A stretch of 62,220 nt of DNA from an uncultured Thermoleophilia bacterium. GTDB lineage: Bacteria; Actinomycetota; Thermoleophilia; UBA2241. The notes under the pieces were generated by a model. The model was not told the origin of the DNA. It saw nothing but the letters and a program-made list of their open reading frames with translations, and did no database searches. Both the position numbers and the translations under genes were made by a program. Each line of letters begins with the position of its first letter. Position 1 is the first letter of the stretch. Location of the stretch: positions 1 through 62,220 of the forward strand of contig CAIOZS010000112.1 in NCBI GenBank assembly GCA_903862845.1. Direction: 5' to 3'. Shown here piece by piece: positions 9,626 to 18,650 of the stretch.

Positions 9626-10350
9626 GACGTCACCTCCGCAGTGCGCAGCACCGTGTCGATGATCGACTGGAACAGCGGGCGCCCGTCGGCGCCGCCGGCC
9701 AGCCCGGCCTCCACGGAGTTCTCCGGGTGCGGCATCATGCCGAACACGTTGCGGGTCTCGTTGCAGACGCCGGCGACGTCGTCGAGCGCGCCGTTAGGAT
9801 TGGCGCCCTCGGCGCGCTCGCCGGCGGCGTCCACGTAGCGCAGGACGATCTGGTCGGCGGCCTGCAGGCGCGCCAGCGTCTCGGGGTCGACGGTGTAGTT
9901 GCCCTCGTTGTGCTTGACGACGATGCGCAGCACCTCGCCGGTCTCGCAGGCGCTGGTGAACGGCGTGCGCGTGGTCTCCACGCGCAGGTTGACGTAGCGG
10001 CAGACGAACTTGAGCCCGGTGTTGCGGATGAGGGCGCCGGGCAGAAGGCCGGCCTCGACCAGGGTCTGGAAGCCGTTGCAGATGCCCATCACGAGGCCGC
10101 CCTCGTGGGCGAAGTCGATGACCGACTGCATGATGGGGCTGAAACGGGCGATGGCGCCGCAGCGCAGGTAGTCGCCATAGCTGAAACCGCCGGGCAGGAT
10201 GACGGCCTGGACATCCTTGAGGTCGGTGTCCTTGTGCCACAGGTACTGCGCACCGGCGCCGGGAAAGGTGGAGACGGCGTGATAGGCGTCGGCGTCGCAG
10301 TTGCTCCCGGGGAAGACGACGACGCCGAAGCGCACGGGGGCGTGGCCCAT
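9622..10350 (-). CDS. purQ: FGAM synthase glutaminase subunit
   Basis: FPGSNCD, PGGFSYGDYLR, GICNGFQ, MMPHPE. Confidence 0.97.
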   Translation of the reverse strand: MGHAPVRFGVVVFPGSNCDADAYHAVSTFPGAGAQYLWHKDTDLKDVQAVILPGGFSYGDYLRCGAIARFSPIMQSVIDFAHEGGLVMGICNGFQTLVEAGLLPGALIRNTGLKFVCRYVNLRVETTRTPFTSACETGEVLRIVVKHNEGNYTVDPETLARLQAADQIVLRYVDAAGERAEGANPNGALDDVAGVCNETRNVFGMMPHPENSVEAGLAGGADGRPLFQSIIDTVLRTAEVTS

Positions 10351-10353
10351 CCC

Positions 10354-10605
10354 TCAGCCCTCGCTGATCGTGAAGGTGTAATCCTCGATGATCGGGTTGG
10401 CGAGCAGCCTGCGGCACATCTCGTCGACCTGCGCGTGGGCGGCTTCGGCGGTGAGATCGTCAGCGGTGATGGTGAGGTCGATGATCTTGCCGATCTGGAC
10501 GCCGCTCACTCCGCTGAACCCGAGGTTGGGGAGCGAGCGCTCGACGGCGGCGCCTTGGGGGTCGAGGATGCCCTTCTTGGGCGTGACGTAGACGCGCACG
10601 TTCAT
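10354..10605 (-). CDS. purS: FGAM synthase subunit PurS
   Basis: ATG 10605 after AGGTGA; ILDPQG and LLANPIIEDY motifs; 83 aa. Confidence 0.95.
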   Translation of the reverse strand: MNVRVYVTPKKGILDPQGAAVERSLPNLGFSGVSGVQIGKIIDLTITADDLTAEAAHAQVDEMCRRLLANPIIEDYTFTISEG

Positions 10606-10717
10606 CGGCTCACCTGCCCGGAGAGAGAGTGCTGGGGACGAGGCCAGTCTATCGCAGATGCGGCGCGCAGGGGGCGGAGGCCGCGCCGCGCGCCGGCTGC
10701 GGACCGCGATCACTTCG

Positions 10718-12532
10718 TCAGCCGCTGACCCCCGCGTGCCGCAAGATGAACTCCACCGTGCGCCGGTCGTAGTCCACATGGTTCTCGACGCCGCTGATCT
10801 CGTGGCCCTCGTCGGGGTAGATCTGCGCCTCGCAGATGCGGCCGGCGGCGCGCAGCGTGTCCACCACCTTGCCGACGAGGCGCGTCGGGCAGCGGGGATC
10901 GCGAGCCGCCGCCAGGATGAGCAGCGGGGCGCTGACGCGGTCGAGGTGGTTGATCGGCGAGTAGTACTCGAGCCGGGCGCGATCCTTGACGAGGTCGCCG
11001 GTGTTCTCGCGGTCCCACCAGCGCAGGTCCTCGCGGACCGCGGGGTCCACCTGCGCGTCGATGTGGTCGAAGAACGGCACGCCGGCGACGCCGGCCGCCC
11101 AGAGCTCGGGGAACTGCGTGAGCATCTGCGCGGTGAGGTAGCCGCCGTGGCTGCGCCCGGTCACCGCGATGCGGCCCGGGTCGCAGCCCATGGCGACGAG
11201 AAAGGCGTGGGCGCCGGCGCAGTCCTGCGCCTCGCCCTGACCACAGAGGTAGCGGTTGGCGAGCTGCCAGCGGCGCCCGTAGCCGTCGCTGCCGCGGTAG
11301 TTGGGGTGGACGACCATGAAGCCGGCGTCGAGGAAGGCTTCCCGCAGGGGGTCCCACTCGTCGGCATGGTGCCAGGTGGGACCGCCGTGGATGATGACCA
11401 CCCCGCAGCCGTTGTGCTCGCGCGGACGGAAGAGCAGCGCGGGGACGTCGGCAAGCAGGTCGAGGCTGCGGTAGTGGACGTGCTCGCCGTGCACGAAGTC
11501 GTGCCCGGCGAGGTCGTCGGGAAGGCCCTGCGTGAGTCGCGTCACGCGACCATCCGCGAGGTCGACGCGAAACAGGTCGCTGGGGATCCCCGGGGCGCTG
11601 AGCGCGACCACGACCGCGTCTCCGTCGGGAGTGAAGCGCGGGTGGTAGTGATTGCCGGCGCCGACGCTCAGGTCGCGCAGCGCTCGCGACTGGAGGTCGA
11701 GGTGCCAGAGCGACGTGCGGGCGTCGATGTCGCGGAGAAACAGGAGCGCGTCTCCGTCCGGCGACCACACGGGGTGATGGGCGTCGTGCGCGTCGCTCCA
11801 GGCCCACTCGACGGACGCGCTCAACGTATCGTAGATGCCGACGGCGTAAGCGTCGTCGACGACGCCCTGAAAGGCGAGGCGCGCGCCGTCCGGCGACCAG
11901 CGCGGGAACCAGGCCAGCATAGGCTGCTCGCCGCCGATCGCCTGCTGCGCGCCCTCCTCGACGTCCATGACGAAGACCGCGCCGTCCTGCCCGCGGGTGT
12001 CCGCGTGCCAGGCAATGCGCCGACCATCCGGCGACCACTGTGGCGTCCAGTCGTTGAAGTAGTGGTCGACGACCAGCTCCACGCCGGCGCCCTGCGGGCA
12101 CGCCGCCGCAGGCATCAGCGCGGCGGCGTAGCTCTGACCGTGGTCGGCGCTCAAGGCGATGCGCGTGCCGTCGGGCGAGAGCTGGAGGTCGGGGTTCGGG
12201 GAGAGATCGGGGGTGCCCGGGAGCAGGTTCTCCACGGTCCCGGTGGCGACCTCGTAGCGATAGAAGTCGAAGCACTCCGATCCCTTGTCGTCGCGCGCGA
12301 AGTACAGGTAGCGACCGTCGCCCGAGTACTTGGGGCAGCCGCAGGGATCGTCGATCGAGAGAAGTCGCCGTGGGGGCGCCGCGCCGCGGCTGTCGACCGT
12401 GTAGAGCTGCCAGTCTCCCCCGTTCCGCCATTCGAAAGCCACCGTGTCGCCGCTGGGCGCGATGGAGAAAGGACGATAGTCGGTGCCGACGATGGGCACG
12501 GCGGCGAGCCGTTCGATGAGGGTCCCGCCCAC
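10718..12532 (-). CDS. S9 family (prolyl oligopeptidase/acylaminoacyl) peptidase with TolB-like beta-propeller
   Basis: Repeated WSPDG blades, IHGGP, NYRGSDGYG, nucleophile GRSHGG, DPRC, EGH; RBS GGAGGAGG. Confidence 0.92.
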   Translation of the reverse strand: MGGTLIERLAAVPIVGTDYRPFSIAPSGDTVAFEWRNGGDWQLYTVDSRGAAPPRRLLSIDDPCGCPKYSGDGRYLYFARDDKGSECFDFYRYEVATGTVENLLPGTPDLSPNPDLQLSPDGTRIALSADHGQSYAAALMPAAACPQGAGVELVVDHYFNDWTPQWSPDGRRIAWHADTRGQDGAVFVMDVEEGAQQAIGGEQPMLAWFPRWSPDGARLAFQGVVDDAYAVGIYDTLSASVEWAWSDAHDAHHPVWSPDGDALLFLRDIDARTSLWHLDLQSRALRDLSVGAGNHYHPRFTPDGDAVVVALSAPGIPSDLFRVDLADGRVTRLTQGLPDDLAGHDFVHGEHVHYRSLDLLADVPALLFRPREHNGCGVVIIHGGPTWHHADEWDPLREAFLDAGFMVVHPNYRGSDGYGRRWQLANRYLCGQGEAQDCAGAHAFLVAMGCDPGRIAVTGRSHGGYLTAQMLTQFPELWAAGVAGVPFFDHIDAQVDPAVREDLRWWDRENTGDLVKDRARLEYYSPINHLDRVSAPLLILAAARDPRCPTRLVGKVVDTLRAAGRICEAQIYPDEGHEISGVENHVDYDRRTVEFILRHAGVSG

Positions 12533-12635
12533 GCTGCCTCCTCCAGTTGCTGTTCACCGGTCGCGGGTCGCGAGGGCAGGGCCGCGAGCGCCTTGCGGCG
12601 CAGCCCGCGCCAACGATACCGCGCAGGGCGCGGCG

Positions 12636-12707
12636 CCGCACGCGACCGTCAACCTCGAGCGCCGCACCGGCAGCACCCCGCACGCGAACGTCAACCCCAA
12701 GCGCCGC
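12636..12707. repeat. Imperfect 30-bp direct repeat, two copies, period 42
   Basis: ccgcacgcgaccgtcaacctcgagcgccgc (12636-12665) vs ccgcacgcgaacgtcaaccccaagcgccgc (12678-12707), 3 mismatches. Confidence 0.7.
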
Positions 12708-12966
12708 GCCTGCTGGACGCGGTTCCACCCGTAGGCGGTTGCGCCCGCCGGCGGGTAGTGCCGCCGGCGCCATCAACTCCACCCGTGGTATGACGACGGC
12801 GGCGGCCCTCTGGGCCTATACTGCCGAGGCCACGACTTCCAGCGCTCCCGGCGCCTCCGGCGCCCCGCAGAGACTCAGGGCCCTGAGGCCCGGGCGCACC
12901 GCCCGGCCCGAAACCGCCGGAGGTGCTGTGAACGCGGACTCGCGATCGTCGATCTGGAGGGCGGGC

Positions 12967-13272
12967 TCAGCCGCGTGTCTCGGCGAACCTCTTGAACTCC
13001 GCGAGGTCGCGGTCGAGATGCGCGCCCACGGCCTCCTCGGCGCCCGTGTCGCCTTCGTAGTCGATGCTCACGGTGACCCGCGTGCGGCCGACGCCGAGGT
13101 CGGCAAGCGTGACCATGCCGGTCTTCTCGACGTCGTCGGCGAGCGACCACTCGACGTCCGCGAGCGACGTCTGGTAGTGGCCGACGAGGCTACGGAACAT
13201 GAACTCCGTCCACTCTCGATCGGCTTCAGTGATCTCCGCGTCAACGTCGATCCAGCGTTTGATGGTCGCCAT
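12967..13272 (-). CDS. Small SRPBCC/cyclase-like protein
   Basis: RBS GGGAGG before ATG 13272; MATIKRWIDVD...TRVTVSIDYEG...DLAEFKRFAE resembles SRPBCC proteins. Confidence 0.65.
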   Translation of the reverse strand: MATIKRWIDVDAEITEADREWTEFMFRSLVGHYQTSLADVEWSLADDVEKTGMVTLADLGVGRTRVTVSIDYEGDTGAEEAVGAHLDRDLAEFKRFAETRG

Positions 13273-13349
13273 TGTGCCCTCCCATGGGTGTCGTTTCATG
13301 CTGGCGCCTGTGTATCCGCCGACATCTTAGGTCAAACGGCGGCGATCCG

Positions 13350-14150
13350 GTGCTGACGCCGCCAGAAGCCCCCACCCCCATCCTCCCCAGGGGGGCCGCC
13401 GGCCTGCCTCGGCGGGCCGGCGGCCGGGTCTTCCCGGCGCCAAACGACACCGGGCGGCCGCAACTGCCAACGGGGCGGCAGGCGCAGCCTGTCCCCGTGC
13501 CGGTCGGCGCGGGCGGCCTCGCGGCCTTCGTCGAAGCGGATCCGTTGCTGCGTCTGCACGTGCTGGCGGCGGCGCGGGAGCTCGGCTTCGCGCCGCTGGA
13601 CGAAGGGCCGGGCGCGCGCATCTGGCGGGCCGCACCCGCCGCCATTTTCGTCGGACTCGATGCGGCCGAGGCGTGCCCTCGTTGCAGCCCCGCCGCCGGC
13701 CCGTTGCCGCCGGCCTCGGCGCCGCTGATCGTCGGCTATGCGGCAGGCGCCCGGGAGCTGCTCGCCGCGCACCGCCTGCACGCCTGTTGCGATCTGGTCC
13801 TCGAGCTGCGCGCCGTCGCCGGCAGGGCGTGCTTCGCCTACCTGCCGGCCGAAAGCGCTGTGGAGCAGGCGCAGCTCACGACGCGTGAGGCCGACGTGCT
13901 CGTGCTCATCCTGGACGGCCTGAGCACGACGGCGCTGGCGAAGCGTCTCGGCGTTACGCCGACGACGGCGCGCACCCACTGCCGCGCACTTCTTCGCAAG
14001 CTCGGCGCCGCCGACCGCCGGGCGTTGCGCGCCCGGCTCTTCCGCGCCGAGCCGGGCGCGCGCGTGCTGCCGGTCGGGAGCACCGTGTGGGGCTCAGCGC
14101 AGAGGTTTGCCCAGCCCCCAACGCGAAGTTTGCCAAGAAATCAGCCGTAG
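13350..14150 (+). CDS. LuxR-family HTH transcriptional regulator
   Basis: C-terminal LTTREADVLVLILDGLSTTALAKRLGVTPTTARTHCRALLRKLG; start uncertain (13350 or 13497). Confidence 0.75.
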   Translation: MLTPPEAPTPILPRGAAGLPRRAGGRVFPAPNDTGRPQLPTGRQAQPVPVPVGAGGLAAFVEADPLLRLHVLAAARELGFAPLDEGPGARIWRAAPAAIFVGLDAAEACPRCSPAAGPLPPASAPLIVGYAAGARELLAAHRLHACCDLVLELRAVAGRACFAYLPAESAVEQAQLTTREADVLVLILDGLSTTALAKRLGVTPTTARTHCRALLRKLGAADRRALRARLFRAEPGARVLPVGSTVWGSAQRFAQPPTRSLPRNQP

Positions 14151-14266
14151 CCGAGCTCCTTCCACTCGTCCATACTTGACTGCACGCCGTTGGGGCCGCC
14201 GGGGAGCCCCCTCTCGTCCCGGGACGAGCCCCTTCGTCCAACACCAGGAGAGCACTGGGAAGTGGC

Positions 14267-15751
14267 ATGAGCGAACCCGTTCCATCCGAGCCCGGAGTGA
14301 GGAGCCTGAAGAGGGCGCAGGTCCGCATCATCACCGTCTTCTTCATGATCTACATCCTCGTTTCGGGCGGCTCGTTCGGCATCGAGGACATGGTGTCATC
14401 GTCCGGGCCGGGCCTGACGCTCCTCCTCCTCATCCTGCTGCCGATCTTCTGGAGCATGCCGATGGCGCTCATCGCCAGCGAGCTCGGGTCGGCACTGCCC
14501 GGCGAGGGCGGCTTCTACGTCTGGACGCGGCGCGCGCTCGGCGACTTCTGGGGTTTTCAGACCGCCTGGTGGTGGTCGCTCTCGATCTTCGTCGACTCGT
14601 CCGTCTACATCGTGCTCGGCGTCGGCTACCTGCAGAACTGGCTGGGCTTCAGCCAGCTCTGGTTCTACGTGATCTGCTGGGCCATCATCGCCGTCTTCGC
14701 GACCATGAACATCATCGGCGTGAAGCTCATCGCGCTCAGTTCGACGCTGTTCTCGATCCTCATCCTGGCGCCGTTCTTCGCGCTCATCGTCGTCGGCCTG
14801 GCCAAGTGGAACTTCAACCCGCTGACCCCGGTCACGGTGCCGGGCGCGCCCCTTTTCGGCAGCGGCGGCGTGTTCGCGCTCGGCCTCGCGATCGGCGTGT
14901 GGATGTATTCGGGCTACGAGTCGATGTCGACCCTTTCGGGCGAGATCCGCAACCCGCAGAAGATCATCCCGCGGGCCCTCATGCTGGCGGTGCCGTTCAT
15001 CATCATCATGTATGTGCTACCCACGCTCGCGAGCCTCGCCGGGTACGGCCACTGGGACAGCTTCGCGACGCAGGCCGGCGACGGCTACGTCTCGTTCGTC
15101 GAGATCGGCAAGTCGCTGGGTGGCTCTGCGCTCGGCGTCGCGCTCCTCGCCTCGGCGCTGCTCGGCAACCTCGCCCTCTACCTCGACTACCTCGCCTCCG
15201 GCGCCCGCCCGCTGTTCGCGATCTCGGCGGACGGGCTGTTTCCCAAGTCGATCTCCATCGTGAGCAAGCGCTTCGGCACGCCGATCGCCGCCATCCTGCT
15301 CATGGCCGCGCTCAACGCGGTCCTCATCGTCGGGCCGTTCCAGAACCTCGTGGTGATCGACGTGATCCTCTTCATCTCCGCCTACGTGCTCATCTTCATC
15401 TCGGCGGTGCGCCTGCGCATCAAAGAGCCGAATCTCAAACGGCCCTTCCGCGTGCCGTTCGGCACCGCCGGCATGGTGGCGATGGTCATCCCGCCGATCC
15501 TCATCGTCATCTTCACGATCTACGTCAACGCCATCGACCGCAGCACGACGATCTTCGGATTCACAGGCTTCAGGTTGCTCGGCATCGACGTGGGCTGGTA
15601 CGGCATCGCCGGATTCGTCGCGCTGCTTTCCGGCCCGGTGCTGTACTCCGTGTTCCGGGCCATCTACGGCGGGCCGCGCAACCCGTCGCGCGAAGCCGGC
15701 AACGAGGCGCTCACCCTGGCCGAGGCCGAAGCCGCCGAGGACGCCGCCTGA
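14267..15751 (+). CDS. APC-family amino acid/polyamine permease
   Basis: About 12 hydrophobic segments; GGSFGIE, ELGSALPGEGGFYVW, GYESMSTLSGEIRNP, LRIKEPNLKRPF. Confidence 0.9.
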   Translation: MSEPVPSEPGVRSLKRAQVRIITVFFMIYILVSGGSFGIEDMVSSSGPGLTLLLLILLPIFWSMPMALIASELGSALPGEGGFYVWTRRALGDFWGFQTAWWWSLSIFVDSSVYIVLGVGYLQNWLGFSQLWFYVICWAIIAVFATMNIIGVKLIALSSTLFSILILAPFFALIVVGLAKWNFNPLTPVTVPGAPLFGSGGVFALGLAIGVWMYSGYESMSTLSGEIRNPQKIIPRALMLAVPFIIIMYVLPTLASLAGYGHWDSFATQAGDGYVSFVEIGKSLGGSALGVALLASALLGNLALYLDYLASGARPLFAISADGLFPKSISIVSKRFGTPIAAILLMAALNAVLIVGPFQNLVVIDVILFISAYVLIFISAVRLRIKEPNLKRPFRVPFGTAGMVAMVIPPILIVIFTIYVNAIDRSTTIFGFTGFRLLGIDVGWYGIAGFVALLSGPVLYSVFRAIYGGPRNPSREAGNEALTLAEAEAAEDAA

Positions 15752-17184
15752 TGCAGACCCGGATCCAGATCCTTTCGGAGGCCGAGAAGGCGCAGGTCCA
15801 CGAGCGCACGCTGAAGGTGCTCGGCAGCGTCGGCATGCGCTGCGACACCTCCGAAGGGCGCCGGATCCTGGCTGCCGCCGGCGCCCGAGTCGACGAGGCC
15901 ACGCGCATGGTCCGCTTCCCGCCCGAGCTCATTGAGCGCTCACTGGCTCAGGCGCGCAAGGAGTTCACCGTGCACGGCCGCCGACCGGGCTGGAGCTTCC
16001 CTCTCAACGCCGGCGAGTCCACGCTCCTCGCCGACGGCGGCGCCACAGCCGTCTTCGACGCCGCCACCGGCGAGCGCCGGCCCACGACGCACGCCGACTG
16101 GCTGGCCGCCACCCGGCTTCACGATGCGCTCGACGACGTCGGCTTCTACTGGTGTCCCGTCGACTACGCCCTCGACTACGAGCAGCCGGGCGGCTTCGTG
16201 CGCTACTACGCGGACGTGTTCGCCACCTTCGGCAAGCACGTGCAGGATTCGTTCGGCACGCCCGCGCTGGCGCCGTGGCTCAAAGAGGTGCTCGACATCG
16301 TGTTCGGCAGCCGCGAGGCCGTGCGCGAGCAGATGCCGTTCTCCTTCCTCATCACGCCCGCGTCTCCGCTCACCATCGAGCACGACTTCACCCAGACCTG
16401 GCTCGAGCTGCGCGACTACGGGCTGCCGGTGGCGATCATGCCGATGCCCCTGCAGGGCGCCACAGCGCCCGGCAGCCGGCTCGGCACCCTTCTGGCCGCC
16501 AACTGCGAGACTATCGGCACGCTCTGCCTGGTGCAGGCCGCGGCGCCGGGCACGCCGGTCATCTACTCGCCGGTGATCGCGACGATGGATCCGCGGTCGG
16601 GGTCGTATGCCGCCGGCGCCGTCGAGCACGCCGTGCTCTGCGCCGCCGGCACCGAGATGGCCCGCTACTACGGCCTGCCGGCCGAGTCCTCAGGCCTCTG
16701 CACCCAGACCTACGAGCCCGACCTGCAGACCGCGTGGGAGAAGGCCAACGGGGCGCTCCTCATCACCCTCTCAGGCCCCGACGTGCTGGTCGGTCCCGGC
16801 CTTCTGGGGGGTGCGACGATCCTCTGCCTCGAGCAGATCGTCATGGACGTCGAGATGATCCGCCTCGCCCGGCAGGCGCGCGCAGGCATACCGGTGCGCG
16901 AAGATCTGTGGCTCGACGAGATCCTCGACAAGGTCGGGCCCTGCGGCTCCTTCCTCGGCGAGCGCTCGACGCGGCAGAACGCCCGCCGCGGCGAGTGGCG
17001 CCTGAGCGACCTCGGCGTGCAGGGCAGCTGGGACGCCTGGCAGGCGGCGGGGTCGCCGACCACGGTCGCCGCCGCCCGTGAGCGCGTCGAGCAGCTTCTG
17101 GCGGGCCAGGTTTCGCTGCCCTACAGCGACGGCCAGGCCGCGGCTCTGGCGGATCTGCAGCGCCGCGCCGACGCAGCGTCCTAA
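15751..17184 (+). CDS. MttB-superfamily corrinoid methyltransferase, non-pyrrolysine
   Basis: ATG overlaps the permease TGA (TGATG); LSEAEKAQVHERTLKVL, PASPL, GATAP, YYGLP, EQIVMDVEMI; no in-frame TAG. Confidence 0.88.
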   Translation: MQTRIQILSEAEKAQVHERTLKVLGSVGMRCDTSEGRRILAAAGARVDEATRMVRFPPELIERSLAQARKEFTVHGRRPGWSFPLNAGESTLLADGGATAVFDAATGERRPTTHADWLAATRLHDALDDVGFYWCPVDYALDYEQPGGFVRYYADVFATFGKHVQDSFGTPALAPWLKEVLDIVFGSREAVREQMPFSFLITPASPLTIEHDFTQTWLELRDYGLPVAIMPMPLQGATAPGSRLGTLLAANCETIGTLCLVQAAAPGTPVIYSPVIATMDPRSGSYAAGAVEHAVLCAAGTEMARYYGLPAESSGLCTQTYEPDLQTAWEKANGALLITLSGPDVLVGPGLLGGATILCLEQIVMDVEMIRLARQARAGIPVREDLWLDEILDKVGPCGSFLGERSTRQNARRGEWRLSDLGVQGSWDAWQAAGSPTTVAAARERVEQLLAGQVSLPYSDGQAAALADLQRRADAAS

Positions 17185-17257
17185 CGGCGCCGAGGCGGCA
17201 GCCGGGGGGAGTGGCGGGCGCTCCCCCGCGGCCGCGGAGGAGCCCGCACCCGACCCG

Positions 17258-18562
17258 TCAGGCGCCGAGCGCGTCGAAGACCAGGCCCGTGAGCAGCTTG
17301 GGGTAGAAGTACGTCGACTTCTGGGGCATGGTCTCGCCGCGGTCGGCGAGCGCCCGCACCTGGCTGATCAGCGTGGCGTTGAGAAACGCGCCGAGCCCGT
17401 AGCGGCCGCCCGCCAGCGCCGCCAGCGCGTCGGGTACGCTCTTCGCGTAGTCGATGTGCTTCTCGACCTCCCCGCGGTCCATGCCGAGCGCTTCGTGGAG
17501 GACAAGCTCATGCAGGACCGTCACCGACAGGTCGGCGGCGTCCGGCGAGAAGCCGGAGGCGACGAGCCGTTGCTTCGCCTGCGGTTCGCGCGACCTCACG
17601 GCGACGCAGACGTCCTCACGCGGCAGACACAGGCCGAAGACCCTGCCGGGGTCGGCCTGTTCGCCCAACGCGTCGAGCACCCCGCGGCAGGCTTCAGGAC
17701 CCTTGGCAGGTGCGCCCACGACCTCGAAGAACGGTTGCAGGCGCTCGAGCAGGTCGGCGAGGGGCGGCACGACGATGCCGCGCACGAGGCGGTGGGTGGG
17801 GAACACGGAGAGACCGGGATCGCTCATGCTGCACAAGTAGACCATCAGCGTGTCGGCGCTGTGGTCGCCGCTGGCGCGGCGCTCGTCGCGATAGGCGACC
17901 GCCGTCTCGTAGCGATGGTGACCGTCGGCGATGTAGAGGGGCCGCTCGCGCAAGAGATCGACGATGCGCTCCGCGCCGGGGCCGGCGAAAGGGACGATCC
18001 GATGCAGATTGCCGTCCCCGTCGCGGGCCTCGCGGGCGGCCGCGACGCAGGCGGCCCCCGCCGCCGCCGCGAGCGCGTCCTCGAGGCCGCCATCGTCGTC
18101 GGGGCAGAGCAGGAAGATCTGGCTGAGGTCGGCGCGGGCGGCGCGGTAGAGACGCAGCCGGTCGACCTTCGCGCCGGCATGCGTGCGCTCGTGCGGCAGG
18201 ACGACGCGCTCCGCGAAATCGGCCAGACGGAGCCGCGCGATGAAGCCCTTGCGCGTGCGTTCGCGACCGTCGGGACCGCGGTAGGTCTGATCCACGAGGT
18301 ACAGGCTGGGTTCGGCCTCGCGCACCAGTACGCCTTCGGCGCGCCACCGCATGAAGGCGGCGGCGGCGCGCGCGTAGTCCGCGTCCTCCGCCGCCTCGCC
18401 ATGCGCGACGGGGAGGTCGAGGTGGACGGCGTTGTACGGGCTGCGCTCCCGCAGCTCGGCGGCTTGCGCCGCCGGGATCACGTCGTACGGCGGCGCCACC
18501 ACGTCGTCGAGCGCGACGCCCTCGTGGTAGCGGATGCCTCTGAACGGGGTGACCTCTGCCAT
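17258..18562 (-). CDS. DUF1015 family protein
   Basis: PFRGIRY, APPYDVI, PHERT, YIADGHHRYETA, MPQKSTYFYPKLLTGL. Confidence 0.92.
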   Translation of the reverse strand: MAEVTPFRGIRYHEGVALDDVVAPPYDVIPAAQAAELRERSPYNAVHLDLPVAHGEAAEDADYARAAAAFMRWRAEGVLVREAEPSLYLVDQTYRGPDGRERTRKGFIARLRLADFAERVVLPHERTHAGAKVDRLRLYRAARADLSQIFLLCPDDDGGLEDALAAAAGAACVAAAREARDGDGNLHRIVPFAGPGAERIVDLLRERPLYIADGHHRYETAVAYRDERRASGDHSADTLMVYLCSMSDPGLSVFPTHRLVRGIVVPPLADLLERLQPFFEVVGAPAKGPEACRGVLDALGEQADPGRVFGLCLPREDVCVAVRSREPQAKQRLVASGFSPDAADLSVTVLHELVLHEALGMDRGEVEKHIDYAKSVPDALAALAGGRYGLGAFLNATLISQVRALADRGETMPQKSTYFYPKLLTGLVFDALGA

Positions 18563-18650
18563 GTTCTTCCTCAGCGTCGCGATCGTGCTTCGGGTACGCG
18601 CGGCGGCGCGCCGCAGGCGTGCGGCTCAGCGTGCAAGGAGGGGAGCGCGC

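Noticed and set aside
14107-15750. 1025-aa ORF as an N-terminally extended MttB
   Set aside because: The N-terminal part is an Arg-rich off-frame shadow of the permease; the real start is ATG 15751
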